Source: Dictyostelium discoideum (Eukaryota). From it: 64,000 bases of DNA. This document shows positions 1 through 11,995 of the stretch, piece after piece. The notes beneath the pieces are model-generated. The model saw only the letters and a list, made by a program, of their open reading frames with translations, was not told where the DNA came from and did no database searches. The stretch is taken from positions 3,552,001 to 3,616,000 of the forward strand of contig CM000154.2 of the NCBI GenBank assembly GCA_000004695.1. The letters run 5' to 3'. The position numbers were made by a program, and so were the translations under genes. Numbering within the stretch: position 1 is the stretch's first letter; every line of letters starts with the position of its first letter.

Positions 1-103
1 AAATAAAAATTAAAAAAATAAAAAAATATAAAAAAATAAAAAACAAAAAATAAAAAATAATAATAAAGTAATAATAATAATAATTAAAAAAATAAATAAA
101 TAA

Positions 104-134
<31 letters not shown>

Positions 135-301
135 TAATTTTTTTTTTTATTTAATTTTTCTATTTTTAATATCTTTTATTTTTTTTTTTAATTTAATTTT
201 TTTTTATTTAGTTTTTTTTTTTTTAAATTCATTTTTTTTTTTTTTTTTTTAAATTCATTTTTTTTTTTTTTTTAAATTCATTTATTTTTAAATAATTAAA
301 A

Positions 302-1313
302 ATGAGTAAAGTTTTAGCAATTGTTACAGGTGCAAGTAAAGGATTTGGAAAAGCAATTGCACAAGAAATTGTTAAATGTAATCCAAATAAAAATCAATTA
401 ATTGATTTAGTTTTATTTGCAAGATCATTAGATGGATTAAAATCAACTAAAGAATCAATTGAAACAATTTCAACCAATGCCAAAGTTATTGATTTACAAA
501 GTTTAGATATGTCAAATATTCCAGATGTTGAATTAAAATTTAAATCTGTTTTAGAAAATGTAATAATAATAATAATATTTATAATTATTAAATAATAATA
601 ATAATAATAATCAAAACTATTATTAATTTTTTTATTATTTATTATTATTATTTTAGATTAAATGGGAAGAATATTCAAAGATTTGTTTTTTTAATAATCA
701 TGGTACATTATATCATTTAGGTCGTATTGAAGATTTTTCAGATTTTAAAAATATTCAAAAAGATAATGATACCAATACAACATCATTTGTAGTTACAACA
801 TCATTATTAGTAAAGAAATTAAAAGAACTTGGTTCACAATATTCATCAGAAGTAACAATTGTAAATTCTTCATCACTTTGTGCAATTAAAGCTTTTCCAA
901 CTTGGAGTTTATATTGTTCTTCAAGAGCATATCGTGATATGTTTTTCCAAGCACTTTCTTTAGAATATGTAATTATTATTTTTTTTTTTGGTTTAAACAA
1001 TAATCAATAATCAATAATAATTATTAAAATAAAATATTAATATTATTTTTTTATTTTTATTTATTTGAATTTTTTGAAGAAATTAAATGATAAATTTAAA
1101 GTTTTAAATTATTCATTAGGTGTATTAGATACTGATATGCAAAGTCAAGTTAGAGAAGAATGTTCAGAAGATGATAAATCATTTTATGTTGGTTTAAAAA
1201 ATGATGGTAAATTAATTAATCCAAATAGATCTGCTTCAATTTGTTCAAATTTAGTTTATTCTCATAAATTTGAAACTGGTTCTCATTTAGATTATTATGA
1301 TTTAGATAAATAA
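302..1313 (+). CDS. sprA: Sepiapterin reductase (SDR family), 3 exons: 302..559, 657..968, 1080..1313
   Basis: N-terminal Rossmann motif [14 protein letters not shown]. The spliced product aligns along its whole length with human SPR (VNxSSLCA...WxLYCxxxAxRDM...VLNYxPGxLDTDMQ...FxxGxHxDYYD). Introns are GTAATA...TTTTAG and GTAATT...TTGAAG, both phase 0. Exons 2 and 3 are visible in the ORF track only as the antisense of 755..1000 and as 1065..1313. Confidence 0.85.
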
Positions 1314-1376
1314 ATCATAAAAAATAAATAAAAAAAATAAACTATTTTTAAAATAAAAATTATTATTTTTATTTTT

Positions 1377-3794
1377 TTATTTATTTATTATACTTATTTT
1401 TCTTTCTTCTTCTAATAAATTTAAATTTGAAATCCAAGTATCTTTAACTTTTTGACTTTCACATTCAAAAGTAAAGATTAAAGGATTTTTACCTTCAGGA
1501 TCTGAAATGAATCTAAATTTAGTTGGACTACCAGGAATTTCTTTAAATTCACTATTTTCTAAATTGATTTCAGCAAAATATTCCATTTTCTTTGATCTAA
1601 AACCAGAATGTTGTTTACCCAATACAATTAAATCATTGAATAGGTAAACTTTGAATTGACCATTATATTTCTTATTAGTACAAGTTGTGATTAGAATACC
1701 CTCTTTAATCCATCTTCTTGATGATTTCAATAGAGAATGCGGACATCCTTTTAATTCATTGGATATGGTTACAACTCTATCTTTATTCTCTCTAAGACGT
1801 TTATTATTATTAATGTATTCATTGATTGTGTGAATTGATTTTTGAGCTTCTTCCAATTTATTATAATTATCAATACCACCATCATTGGTTTTATCAGTAT
1901 ACTTTAGTATCTCTCTAAAGAGTAATTCGTAACGTGGAATACGTTGAACTGGCATAATTAACAATGATCCGATATCCAATGAATATTTATATCTACTTTG
2001 ACATTCTTTGAAAAACTTTGGTTGTAATGTATCAATCTTTTTTAATGTTGTCATTGCATTTTCATAGTTGTTTATATAGGCAACATATAATTTCATCTCT
2101 TTGGTTTTTTCAATATATAAATCACCAATACGTTGTTGATCTTCTGGTAAACTAAATTCATATTTTAATTTTATTAATAAATCTTTACTAATTACTAATA
2201 ATGCTTCAATATTACCAAATAATGAATTAATATCTGATTGTGTTATAATACTATCTTCTTTATCTTTATCTTTATCTTTACTACTACTACCAATACCAAT
2301 ACTACTATGATGATGATGTTTTTGTTCTGAATTTTTTACTAATTCTTGTAATGGTAATTTATAATATAATATTAATTTCTCCAATGAATCTGAATAACTT
2401 TCTTCTGTTGATAATAATTCATTTAAACTATTATTTCTTTTTCTACTTCTTAAATCAGAATTTTCATTTGATTTTAACATTGTTGTTGTTGATGTAGCTA
2501 CTCCTCCTCCTCTATTCATTGAATATTCATTTGCTGTTTTAATTTCTTTTTTTATTTGAGGTTGAGATTGTTCCAATGGTTCTAATGATTTTCTTGGGAA
2601 ACTAACCTTTTCTTTAGGAATTAGTTGTTGAACAACTTTTTTTGGTTGTACCATTTGATTTTGTTCTAATGGTTCTAATGATTTTCTTAATTCTCTTTGT
2701 TGTTGTATTCTTTGTTGTTGTTGTTGTTGTTGTTCCATTTGTTGCTGTCTTTGTTGTTGCTCCATTTGTTGTTGTCTTTGTTGTTGTTCCATTTGTTGTT
2801 GTCTTTGCTGTTGCTCCATTTGTTGTTGTCTTTGTTGTTGCTCCATTTGTTGTTGTCTTTGTTGTTGTTCTCTTTGTTGCTGTTCTCTTTGTTGTTGTTC
2901 TCTTTGTTGCTGTTCTCTTTGCTGTTGTTCTCTTTGTTGTTGTTCTCTTTGCTGTTGTCTATGTAGTTGATCTCTTTGTTGTTGTTCTCTTTGTTGTTGT
3001 TCTCTTTGCTGTTGTTCTCTTTGTTGTTGTTCTCTTTGTTGTTGTTCTCTTTGCTGTTGTCTATGTAGTTGTTCTCTTTGTTGTTGTTCTCTTTGTTGTT
3101 GTTCTCTTTGTTGTTGTTCTCTTTGTTGTTGTTCTCTTTGTTGTTGTCTATGTAGTTGTTGTTCCCTTTGTTGTTGTTCCCTTTGTTGTTGTTCCCTTTG
3201 CTGTTGTTCTCTTTGTTGTTGGTTTATTTGTTGTTGTTGATTTATTTGTTGTTGATTTATTTGTTGTTGATTTATTTGTTGTTGATTTATTTGTTGTTGA
3301 TATTGTGGAGGTGGAAAAGATTGACTTCTTTTTAATGGTGATGATTGTTGTTGTGGTTTATCCCAAAGATTTGGCGAGGGTGGTGGTATGGCATCTCCAA
3401 AGAATTCATTATTAAAATTATAACCATATTGTGGAGGTTGATAATTAATTGGTGTGTCAACATAATGTGGTATAGCCGATGGTGCTGATGATACAATTCT
3501 ATATTGTCCAGTAGATGGATCAAAGATAACTTGTGAACCTGGTAATGATTTTACAATTTGTGCTTGATGCTGAACAGTTGGCACTTGCATAACACCTGCA
3601 GGTGGGTAAGTTGCTGGAATTGAATGAGCTCCCGTATATTCTCCACCATTAACTTGAACTGGAACACCATTGACATATACAATCTGTTGTTGTGGAGGTA
3701 ATTGAAAATTACCATTACTTGGTATTGAATCTCTACTATGAATTGAACGTGATGTAAATCCTGGAAATAATTTAAGTTTATATGGATCTCCCAT
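1377..3794 (-). CDS. Rho/Rac guanine-nucleotide exchange factor, DH (Dbl-homology) + PH domains, Pro/Gln-rich N-terminus, single exon
   Basis: Uninterrupted 805-aa ORF. The DH-domain signature (LxELLxTEESYxxxLxxL ... MPVQRIPRYELLFREILKYT) is followed by a PH-like C-terminus. The N-terminal half carries the QQQREQQQRE coding repeat. Confidence 0.8.
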   Translation of the reverse strand: MGDPYKLKLFPGFTSRSIHSRDSIPSNGNFQLPPQQQIVYVNGVPVQVNGGEYTGAHSIPATYPPAGVMQVPTVQHQAQIVKSLPGSQVIFDPSTGQYRIVSSAPSAIPHYVDTPINYQPPQYGYNFNNEFFGDAIPPPSPNLWDKPQQQSSPLKRSQSFPPPQYQQQINQQQINQQQINQQQINQQQQINQQQREQQQREQQQREQQQREQQLHRQQQREQQQREQQQREQQQREQQQREQLHRQQQREQQQREQQQREQQQREQQQREQQQRDQLHRQQQREQQQREQQQREQQQREQQQREQQQREQQQRQQQMEQQQRQQQMEQQQRQQQMEQQQRQQQMEQQQRQQQMEQQQQQQQRIQQQRELRKSLEPLEQNQMVQPKKVVQQLIPKEKVSFPRKSLEPLEQSQPQIKKEIKTANEYSMNRGGGVATSTTTMLKSNENSDLRSRKRNNSLNELLSTEESYSDSLEKLILYYKLPLQELVKNSEQKHHHHSSIGIGSSSKDKDKDKEDSIITQSDINSLFGNIEALLVISKDLLIKLKYEFSLPEDQQRIGDLYIEKTKEMKLYVAYINNYENAMTTLKKIDTLQPKFFKECQSRYKYSLDIGSLLIMPVQRIPRYELLFREILKYTDKTNDGGIDNYNKLEEAQKSIHTINEYINNNKRLRENKDRVVTISNELKGCPHSLLKSSRRWIKEGILITTCTNKKYNGQFKVYLFNDLIVLGKQHSGFRSKKMEYFAEINLENSEFKEIPGSPTKFRFISDPEGKNPLIFTFECESQKVKDTWISNLNLLEEERKISIINK
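2697..3300 (-). repeat. In-frame 30-nt tandem coding repeat (QQQREQQQRE)n punctuated by QLHRQ, then (QQINQ)n, inside the RhoGEF CDS
   Basis: Direct reading shows about 20 near-identical 30-nt units (caacaaagagaacaacaacaaagagaacaa and variants). The plus-strand poly-V/F and poly-L ORFs 2642..3415 and 2697..2966 are antisense artefacts of this repeat. Confidence 0.8.
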
Positions 3795-3978
3795 TATTTA
3801 TTTAATTATTTATTTAATTTTTTTTTATTTTTATTTTTATTTTTATTTTTTTTATTTATTTAATTATAATCCTCTCTCTACTAATAAAATTTTTAATATG
3901 TTAAAACATTCTTCAATTTCACATCTTCTTTTTTTTTTTTTTTTATTTATTTTTTTTTTTTTTTTTGCAGATAATAGA

Positions 3979-4018
<40 letters not shown>

Positions 4019-4263
4019 CTAAATTAAACCCCAAAATTATAAAAATAAAAATAAAAATAAAAAAATATAAAAAAAAAAAAATAAAATAAAAATAAAAATA
4101 TTTTTTTTCATATGACGTAAATAAAATTAATATTTTTTTTTTTTTTTTTTTAATTTTTTTTTTTTTTTAATTTTATTGTTTTTAAATTAATTTAATACCA
4201 ATGGTAAATTAATGCTTTTACTAAATTTATTTTGAGACACAAAAAAATACAATATTTTTTACC

Positions 4264-4297
<34 letters not shown>

Positions 4298-4462
4298 AAA
4301 AAAATTTTCAAATTTTTACCAATCACCCAATTTCGCCCTTTTTTCTTTTTTTTTTTTTTTTTTTTTTTTTTATTTTTTAATTTAGTTTTGATTTGATATC
4401 ATTGTGCGAAAATACAAATAGATATAAATAAAAAAAAAAATGGTAAATATGAATTTTTTAAA

Positions 4463-4522
<60 letters not shown>

Positions 4523-4607
4523 TACATATAATTAATTATTTAAATTCATTTTCAAAAAATAATAGTATAGATTACCAGCAGATCAAAAATTAAAATGTAC
4601 AGAATTT
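3795..4607. promoter_or_regulatory. Divergent intergenic region between the RhoGEF (minus) and the DCN1-like gene (plus); long oligo(dT)/oligo(dA) tracts typical of Dictyostelium promoters
   Basis: Both genes start outward from this interval. It contains homopolymer runs of 20 to 60 nt and no ORFs. Confidence 0.3.
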
Positions 4608-5443
4608 ATGAGTATTACTGAAGCAACAGAAGCTAAAGCAATTCAATATTTAAAAGATGCATCTTGGAGAACTGATGCAGCAGTTGATAATTTCTATTCA
4701 AATCCATCAAATTTTGCAAATAAATTTGATAAGAAAGCTATTGAAACAATATTTAATAAATATAAAGGTAAGTAAATATAAATTTATCATCTCTATCTAT
4801 CTATCTATATATATAATATATAAATATAAATATATTAATTATTATTATTATTTTTTTATTTTTTTTATTTTTTTATTTTTTTATTTTTTTATTTTTAGAT
4901 TCAGGAGAAGAACAAATTTCAGAGAAATTACCAGAATTTGTAAAAGATATAAATATTAATGATGAAATGATGGAATTAGCAGTTCTTTGGAAATTTAAAA
5001 CTAAACAAATGGGTGTTATTACAAAGAATGAATTTATGGAAACAATGGAGAGATTAAGATGTGATAATATTTCATCATTAGAGAAACAAATGGAAACAGT
5101 AAGACAACAATTAAGCTCAAAGGATTTAAATAACAATAGTGCATTCAAAGAGTTTTATATGTTTGTTTTCGATCTTGGTAAAGCAGAGAATCAAAAGAAT
5201 GTTAGTTTACAAATGTGTATCGAATTATGGACCATCGTTTTAAAATCAAAGTTTGATAATTTACAAATTTGGTTCGACTTTTTAAATAAACATCATAAAT
5301 TAGCAATTAGTAAAGATACTTGGAATTTATTTTTAGATTTTGTGAAAATTGCAAATGATTCAATCACAAAGTATGACTCTGAAGGTGCTTGGCCAGTTTT
5401 AATCGATGAATTTGTTGAATACTATAAAGAAAATTGTAAATAA
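4608..5443 (+). CDS. DCN1-like protein (defective in cullin neddylation; UBA-like N-terminus + PONY/DCUN1 domain), 2 exons: 4608..4767, 4899..5443
   Basis: Exon 1 ([32 protein letters not shown]...) is a UBA-like segment. A phase-1 GTAAGT...TTTTAG intron follows. Exon 2 carries the DCUN1/PONY signature ([22 protein letters not shown]...[11 protein letters not shown]). Confidence 0.8.
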
Positions 5444-5445
5444 AT

Positions 5446-5476
<31 letters not shown>

Positions 5477-5709
5477 TAATAATAATAATTACTCAAAATC
5501 AATTTATCTTTTTCCTTCACCCCTCCTCCAATCTTTCAATAAGATATCTTTCGAATAAGATTTACCAAAAATAAAAATAAAACTAAAATAATATTATTTA
5601 ATAAAAAAAAAAATAAAAAAAATAAAAAAAAATAAAAAACAAATACTTTTATTTAATTATAAATTTTTTTTTTTTTTTTTATTTCCCAATGATAAAGTTA
5701 TTTTTAATT

Positions 5710-5749
<40 letters not shown>

Positions 5750-5817
5750 CTGAAATTATTTTTTATTTTTTTTTTTTTTTTTTTTTTTTTTCTTCGAGAA
5801 CAAATATATAAAACATA

Positions 5818-6180
5818 ATGGTTAGCGTTGAAGATATTGAAAAACGTTTAAAATTAAAGTTTTCATCAGAGGATGATAAAATTGTATGTAAAACTTTACA
5901 ATATTATTATTATTATTTTTGTTGTTTGGTGGTGTGAAATACTTAATTTATTTTCATTAATCAATAATAATAATATATGCAGAAAATTATTGATGAATCA
6001 GGTGGTTGTGGTGCAAAATTTTTAGTGGCAATAGGTTCCTCACAATTTGATGGTGTTTCATTACTTGAAAGACATAGAATTGTAAATGAACTTTTAAAAG
6101 AAGAAATTTCACAAATTCATGCAATTACTCTAAAAACTTGGACCTTAAAACAATATGAAGAAAAAATAAATACAATTTAA
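5818..6180 (+). CDS. BolA-like protein, 2 exons: 5818..5883, 5983..6180 (about 88 aa)
   Basis: Exon 1 is MVSVEDIEKRLKLKFSSEDDKI, followed by a GTATGT...TATGCAG intron. Exon 2 (KIIDESGGCGAKFLVAIGSSQFDGVSLLERHRIVNELL...IHAITLKTWT) matches the BolA core (SGGCG...F.V.IvS..F.G......RHR.V...L...IHA). Confidence 0.7.
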
Positions 6181-6197
6181 ATAAAATCATGTATATA

Positions 6198-6330
<133 letters not shown>

Positions 6331-6601
6331 AAAAAAATAAAAATAATAATAATAAAAAAAAATTAATAAAAAATAAAAATAATAATAATAATATTATTAT
6401 TAATTAATAAAAAATAATAAAGTTTTAATAATAATAATAATAATAATAATATTTTTTTATTTTTTTTTTTATTATTATTTAAGTGAAATTTGTCTTTTTT
6501 GTTATTTTTGGTTTATTTATTATATACTTGTTTATAATCATGTTAACAAAAAATATTTTTTGTTTTTCCAAAATTTTTTTAACACATTTCAACTCCATAT
6601 T

Positions 6602-6634
<33 letters not shown>

Positions 6635-6779
6635 CTTCAAAAAAAAATAACAAATAAATAATGTAAAATTAAAAATAAATAAATAAATAAATAAATATAA
6701 ATAAATATAAATAAATAAAAAATACTAATAAATTTTTTTTTTATTTTTTTATTTAGAATTAATCAACGTTAATCCTGGC

Positions 6780-7060
6780 AGAAGTTTTTTGTAGAGATAT
6801 AATTTGGGCTCTCCTAATAAACCAGATAATCCTTGGCTTGAAAAATGTAATGGCTCTTTAGAATATATTAAATATGTCCCAGGAAATGGTAATAAAAGAG
6901 TCCATAATTTTGATGGTTGTGATGGTCAAGAGAACCTATTCAAGTTCTCAAGTTTTGTTTATTTTGTGGATCAGGTGATTATAGTCATACCGATTGTCTG
7001 GGACCAAAGTTATACGCCCAAAAAAAAGATCGTACACTCACACCGGCGAAATTAGAACAA
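6780..7060 (+). other. GC-richer island with a short zinc-knuckle-like reading frame (C-x2-C-x6-H-x2-C); possible degenerate retroelement gag remnant
   Basis: Local G+C is clearly above the intergenic background. One frame reads ...FCGSGDYSHTDCLGPKLYAQKKDRTLTPAKLEQFKRETLLIQKYY*. There are no splice signals and no intact long ORF. A second GC-richer patch lies at 7490..7700. Confidence 0.25.
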
Positions 7061-8512
7061 TTCAAAAGAGAAACATTATTAATTCAAAAATATTATTAAT
7101 GTTTTTTTCTTTAATATTAATAATTCAAAAATAAAAATAAAACAAAAAATAAAATAAAAAAATAAAAAAATAATTACAGAAATCCTGGTTTTAATTTAGG
7201 TATACATTGGATAGAAATAATACATACACAGTTAATTTTAAAAAATAATTATAAATAAAATAAATTTTTTATGTTAATATTATTAAAGATAAACAATCAC
7301 AATAATAAAATAAAAAAATAAAAAAATAAAAAAATAAAAAAGTAATAAATTAAATAATATTAATACTAAAATTTGCATTAATTAATTTTTAAAAAAAAAA
7401 AAAAAAAAAAAAATCTATACAAATAATTAAATAAGAGTAAAAAAAGGAAATAAAAAAAAAAAAAAAAAAAAAAAAAAAACTAGAACGATTAGAACTCTGC
7501 AGTCATTTCTACTGGAAAAAAAATAAACCTAAAGCAATAGCATTTGAAATGATTTTAGGTCCACCATGCAATATGGGCAAATATACCACAAATGCAAATC
7601 AAAAATGGTGAAGGCTCCAATTTCAATGCAAAATTCAAGTCTTCAACTTGATTAGAATATGAATCCCTTATCAACTGGTTGCGACAATACAAACTTGAAT
7701 GATATAGAAATTTACAGAATTAAAACCTAATATTTATAATTACCAAGTTCAATGAGGATAAAATTAATTTAAAAATAAAAAAAATATATAATTTTTTTTA
7801 AAAAATATCTTCCCTATATTATACCTCAAAAAAAGGCAATTACAATAAATAATTAAAATCCAAAAATAAAATTTAAATTAAAAAAAAAATAAAAATAAAA
7901 AAAAAAAGGTAAAAATAAATCCAAGTTCGATATTCTATAAATAAATAACATGAAAAACATGTAAATGATGATAAATAATAGAGGACTTTCAATTAAATTC
8001 AATTTAATTTAAATTATTACATTCAAAATAATTAATAAAAAAAACAATAATTGGTTTTGGTGTAATTCAAATTATTTAAACTTATTCATAGATATAGCCA
8101 TTCACAAATTAATAAGATTACTCTTTCAATTATATTTGGGCAATAAACCATCAAAATTGGAGTTAATGAAAATAAAATAAAATAAAATAAAATAAAATAA
8201 AATAAAACCAAAGATTTCAACGAGAAAAAAAAAAAAAAAAAAAAAAAAAATATTGGGAAATTTTGGATTTGGAATTGGGTAATAACAAAAGTAATATAAT
8301 TGGCAAGGAAATGAAAAGGAGACAGTAGATTGATATTAATATTTATTATTTATTTATTTTTTGTTAAATTTGGATTTTTTTTTTTTTTTATATTACAAAT
8401 TCACTAAATGAAATGTAATAATGAGCATAGATGGAATTCTTTCGTCCAGGCCAGCTTATTGGACCAAAAGTTGGTTTTTGTAAAATCTTTTGTGTATTTA
8501 AAGGGTTTAATG

Positions 8513-9703
8513 TTAATATTTATTTCTAGAGTATAATATATATAGGTAATGATTGAAGGAGGTAAGTATACGAACCTTTGGGTATTTTTCTTCATTCCAA
8601 CTTTTAATTCTAAAATCTTTGTACGTTTAGTAAACTTCTTATCTAATTCGTATGCAGTTTTTGGAGCTTCGTGCCAACCCAATTGTTTATATTGACCGAC
8701 GACACCACGAAGGAATTCTTCTCTTCTATTAACTGGAGCATATTTTTGTTTATAGTAAACTGCATAATCACGATGACCAATTGTTGTACCATCAGCAAAT
8801 GTAATTTCATGAGTTGAAACGGTAATCTCTGGTTTATAAGCAACCAATTCACCATTTTCATCGGTAACAGCACCATCTCTCTTGGAATAATCGTAAAATT
8901 CAATAATTTCATCTTCACCATCTTCAGTATCTGTATTTATTTTACAATGACCCATATCTCTCATATGTGTTTGAGTTGCATCTTTACTTTGACAAACTTT
9001 ACCTTTACCATTACAATATAAACAAACATTACCAATTGAAACTTTATCAAGTAAATAACGTAACAATCCTTCTAAATCTGCTAAATATTCAATATCTGGC
9101 ACAAAGAATGAATGTTCTTTTGCCATATGTTTTAAATTACTATAATTTAATAAATAATAAATATTAATATTTGTTTGTATATATATATATATATGAATAT
9201 TAATTTTAAAATTTTTTTAATAATTATTACTCTTCAACTGTTTTACCAAGATTATTACAGAATAAACAATTTTCTAATGGTAATTTAATAGAGTTTTTAA
9301 TTTTCTCTTCCAAGATTGCTTCAGCTTCTTCAATGGTTTCTGGTAATTTCTTTTCTTCTTTTGGTTTTCTATTTCTAATAACTTCTTTAGCACCAGATGA
9401 AACCATTTCTTTATGTTTCTTTGATGTTAAATGTTGTTGATAAGTACCATCGGAATTGAATTCTTTATCACAAATTCTACATTCAAATTTTGCTGGTGTT
9501 TTTGATTTTGATTCCTCTTGTTTTAATGCTTCAACTTTATTTTTAAAAGTTTGTTCATTCACTGGTGGTAAGTCGAATGCTTTTCTTTTTAAATTGAATC
9601 TATGTAATTCAGATTTATAATGGTCTCTTTGTTCCTCACTATTTTCAAATTGAATTCTACAACTTATACATGTGAATATAATTTTTTCATCATAATCTGA
9701 CAT
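8513..9703 (-). CDS. ZNF622/REI1-like cytoplasmic 60S subunit biogenesis factor (C2H2 zinc fingers), exons 9703..9231 and 9139..about 8571, plus an uncertain tiny terminal exon
   Basis: The N-terminal exon has U1-type C2H2 fingers (FTCISCRIQFENSEEQRDHYKSELHRFNLKRK and FECRICDKEFNSDGTYQQHLTSKKHKE). A phase-2 GTAATA...TTATAG intron joins ...CLFCNNLGKTVE to DNLKHMAKEHSFFVPDIEYLADLEGLLRYL...CLYCNGKGK...HCKI...YAVYYKQKY...GMKKNTQRF. These are collinear with human ZNF622 (HMTKDHSFFIPDIEYLSDIKGLIKYL). The 3' end after ...QRF has two possible short splices (ending 8520 or 8513). Confidence 0.75.
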
Positions 9704-10514
9704 TTTTATTTCTTTAAAAAAAATTAATTAAATATTCTTAATATATTTAATTTAAATTTGACAAATTTTTTTTTTTTTGTGTGTATTTATTTTTTTTTTT
9801 TTTTTTTTTTTATTTATTTTTTAAAAATAAAAAATAATATCTATATATATATATTAAATAATTTTTTATTATTTAAATTATTTAATTATTATTTTAAGGT
9901 TTTGGAAAGTTTAAATAATATTTTTTTTTTTTTTTTTTTTTTTTTTATTTTTTTGAATTTAAAAAAAAGGAACTGTTGGAGAAAAAAAAAAAAAGAATGA
10001 AAAACGAGAGTCTCGATTTTTATTTTGGAAATTTTATTTTTTTTTAATTTTTATTTTATTTTTTTTTTTTTTTAATTTTTTTTTTTTTTAATTTTTTTTT
10101 TATTTTAATTTTTTTTTTATTTTAATTTTTTTTGTCGACAAAAAAAAAAAACGAGTGAAAAACCAATAACAAATAATCAAATCTTTTTTTTTTATTTTTT
10201 ATTTTTTATTTTTTTATTTTTATTTTATTTTATTTTTTTTAGTAAAATCAAATCAAATAAAATCAAATAAATATTAAAATAAAAAAAAATAAAAAACTCA
10301 AAATTAACATTATACAATAACTCTGTAAATAGTCATACTCAATTCTTTGTATAATACAAAAAATCAGTTTTAATCAAAACTTTTTTTTTTTTTTCTTTTA
10401 AAAAAAAAAATCAACAAAAATAAAATAAAATAAATAAAATAATTATTTAATAATTAATAAATAAACAAACAAATAAATAAACCCTTTACACACACATATA
10501 TATATATATAAACA

Positions 10515-11475
10515 ATGCCTCAAGGTGATCACATTGAATTGCACCAAAAAAGATTTGGTAGACGTCTTGATCATTATGAAAAAGTGTAAGTAATTTTTTA
10601 AAAAAATAAATTAAATAAAATAATTATTTTATTTTTAAAAAAATAAATTAAATAAAATAATTATTTAATGATTATATAATCATTATAATATATAATCTAT
10701 ATATATTATAAATTTTATTAATTTTTATTAATTTTTAATTTTTTAATTTTTTTTTTAAAATAGACGTAAGAAGACAGCACGTGCTGCTCATAAAAGATCA
10801 GCAATAGCACAAAAAGTAACAGGTTTAAAAGCTAAATTATATAATAAGAAACGTTATTCAGAAAAAGCTGAAATGAAGAAAACCATTGCTATGCATCAAG
10901 AGAGAACAAATAAGAAAGCATCAGATGATAAAGTTAAAGAGGGTGCAGTACCAGCCTATCTTTTGGATAGAGAGGGAGTTAGTAGAGCAAAGGTACTCTC
11001 AAATATGGTTAAACAAAAGAGAAAAGAGAAAGCAGGTAAATGGGATGTACCATTACCAAAAGTTAGAGCCATTAGTGAGGATGAAATGTTTAAAGTTGTT
11101 AAATCTGGTAAACGTCAAAAGAAAGCATGGAAACGTTTTGTTACAAAAGTCACCTTTGTTGGTGAAGGTTTCACTCGTAAACCACCCAAGTATGAACGTT
11201 TTATTCGTCCAACTGGTTTACGTTTCAAAAAGGCTCATGTAACTCATCCAGAGTTAAAATCAACTTTTTATCTCGATATTTTATCAGTTAAAAAGAATCC
11301 ACAATCTCCAACCTATACTCAATTGGGTGTTATCACTAAAGGTACTATCCTTGAAGTTAATGTTTCCGATCTTGGTTTAGTAACTCAAACTGGTAAAGTA
11401 GTTTGGGGTAAAATGGCTCAAGTAACTAATAATCCTGAAAATGATGGTTGTATTAATGCAGTTTTATTAGTTTAA
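10515..11475 (+). CDS. Ribosome biogenesis protein NSA2 (TINP1) homolog, 2 exons: 10515..10585, 10764..11475
   Basis: Exon 1 [23 protein letters not shown](V) is followed by a phase-2 GTAAGT...AAATAG intron. Exon 2 ([39 protein letters not shown]...[12 protein letters not shown]...[11 protein letters not shown]...THPELK...[13 protein letters not shown]) is collinear with human NSA2. Confidence 0.85.
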
Positions 11476-11503
11476 AAAATATATATTTTTTTTTTATTAA
11501 AAT

Positions 11504-11547
<44 letters not shown>

Positions 11548-11839
11548 AATAAAAAAAAAGAAATAAAAAAAAAAAAATTAAAAATTAAAAAAAAAAAAAA
11601 AAAAAATTCTTTGTAAAGTTACATATGTTAATTCTAGATTATATTTTAATAAAATTGATTGCCATCTTAAAACAAATTGTACCAAAATTTTGATTTCTTT
11701 AATACAAATGATTCTACAAATTCTGATACTATAGTTTTTTAAAATAAAAGTATAAAAATAGAAATTTTTTTTTTTTTTGCATATCATATTTATTGATAAA
11801 TTATGAATAGCATTTCTTGGTGGAATATTCTGCGAGTAA

Positions 11840-11854
11840 GGGGGGGGGGGGGGG
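11840..11854. repeat. 15-nt poly(G) run, highly atypical for this A+T-rich genome
   Basis: Seen directly. It sits at the junction between a duplicated TMEM170-gene fragment (11640..11740) and an FNIP-repeat fragment (11880..12000). Confidence 0.9.
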
Positions 11855-11995
11855 TTGAATTAAATATTAATTTTTGTTTTACAATCACCTCTTTGCAACA
11901 CTTTCTGGTATTAAACCTGGAGCTAATTTTTGATTTAATCCACCAAATAAATGAACAGTTGTTACAGTGTTAGGAATAAGATGCATTTCATACCT

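Noticed and set aside
2642-3415. Plus-strand ORFs 2642..3415 (poly-Val/Phe) and 2697..2966 (poly-Leu)
   Set aside because: They are the antisense reading of the (QQQREQQQRE)n repeat inside the minus-strand RhoGEF CDS, with pure low-complexity composition.
6804-7055. ORF 6804..7055 (83 aa) as a protein-coding gene
   Set aside because: It is isolated, has no recognisable domain, and sits within a compositional island that reads better in another frame as a broken zinc-knuckle-like remnant. I kept it only as a low-confidence feature.
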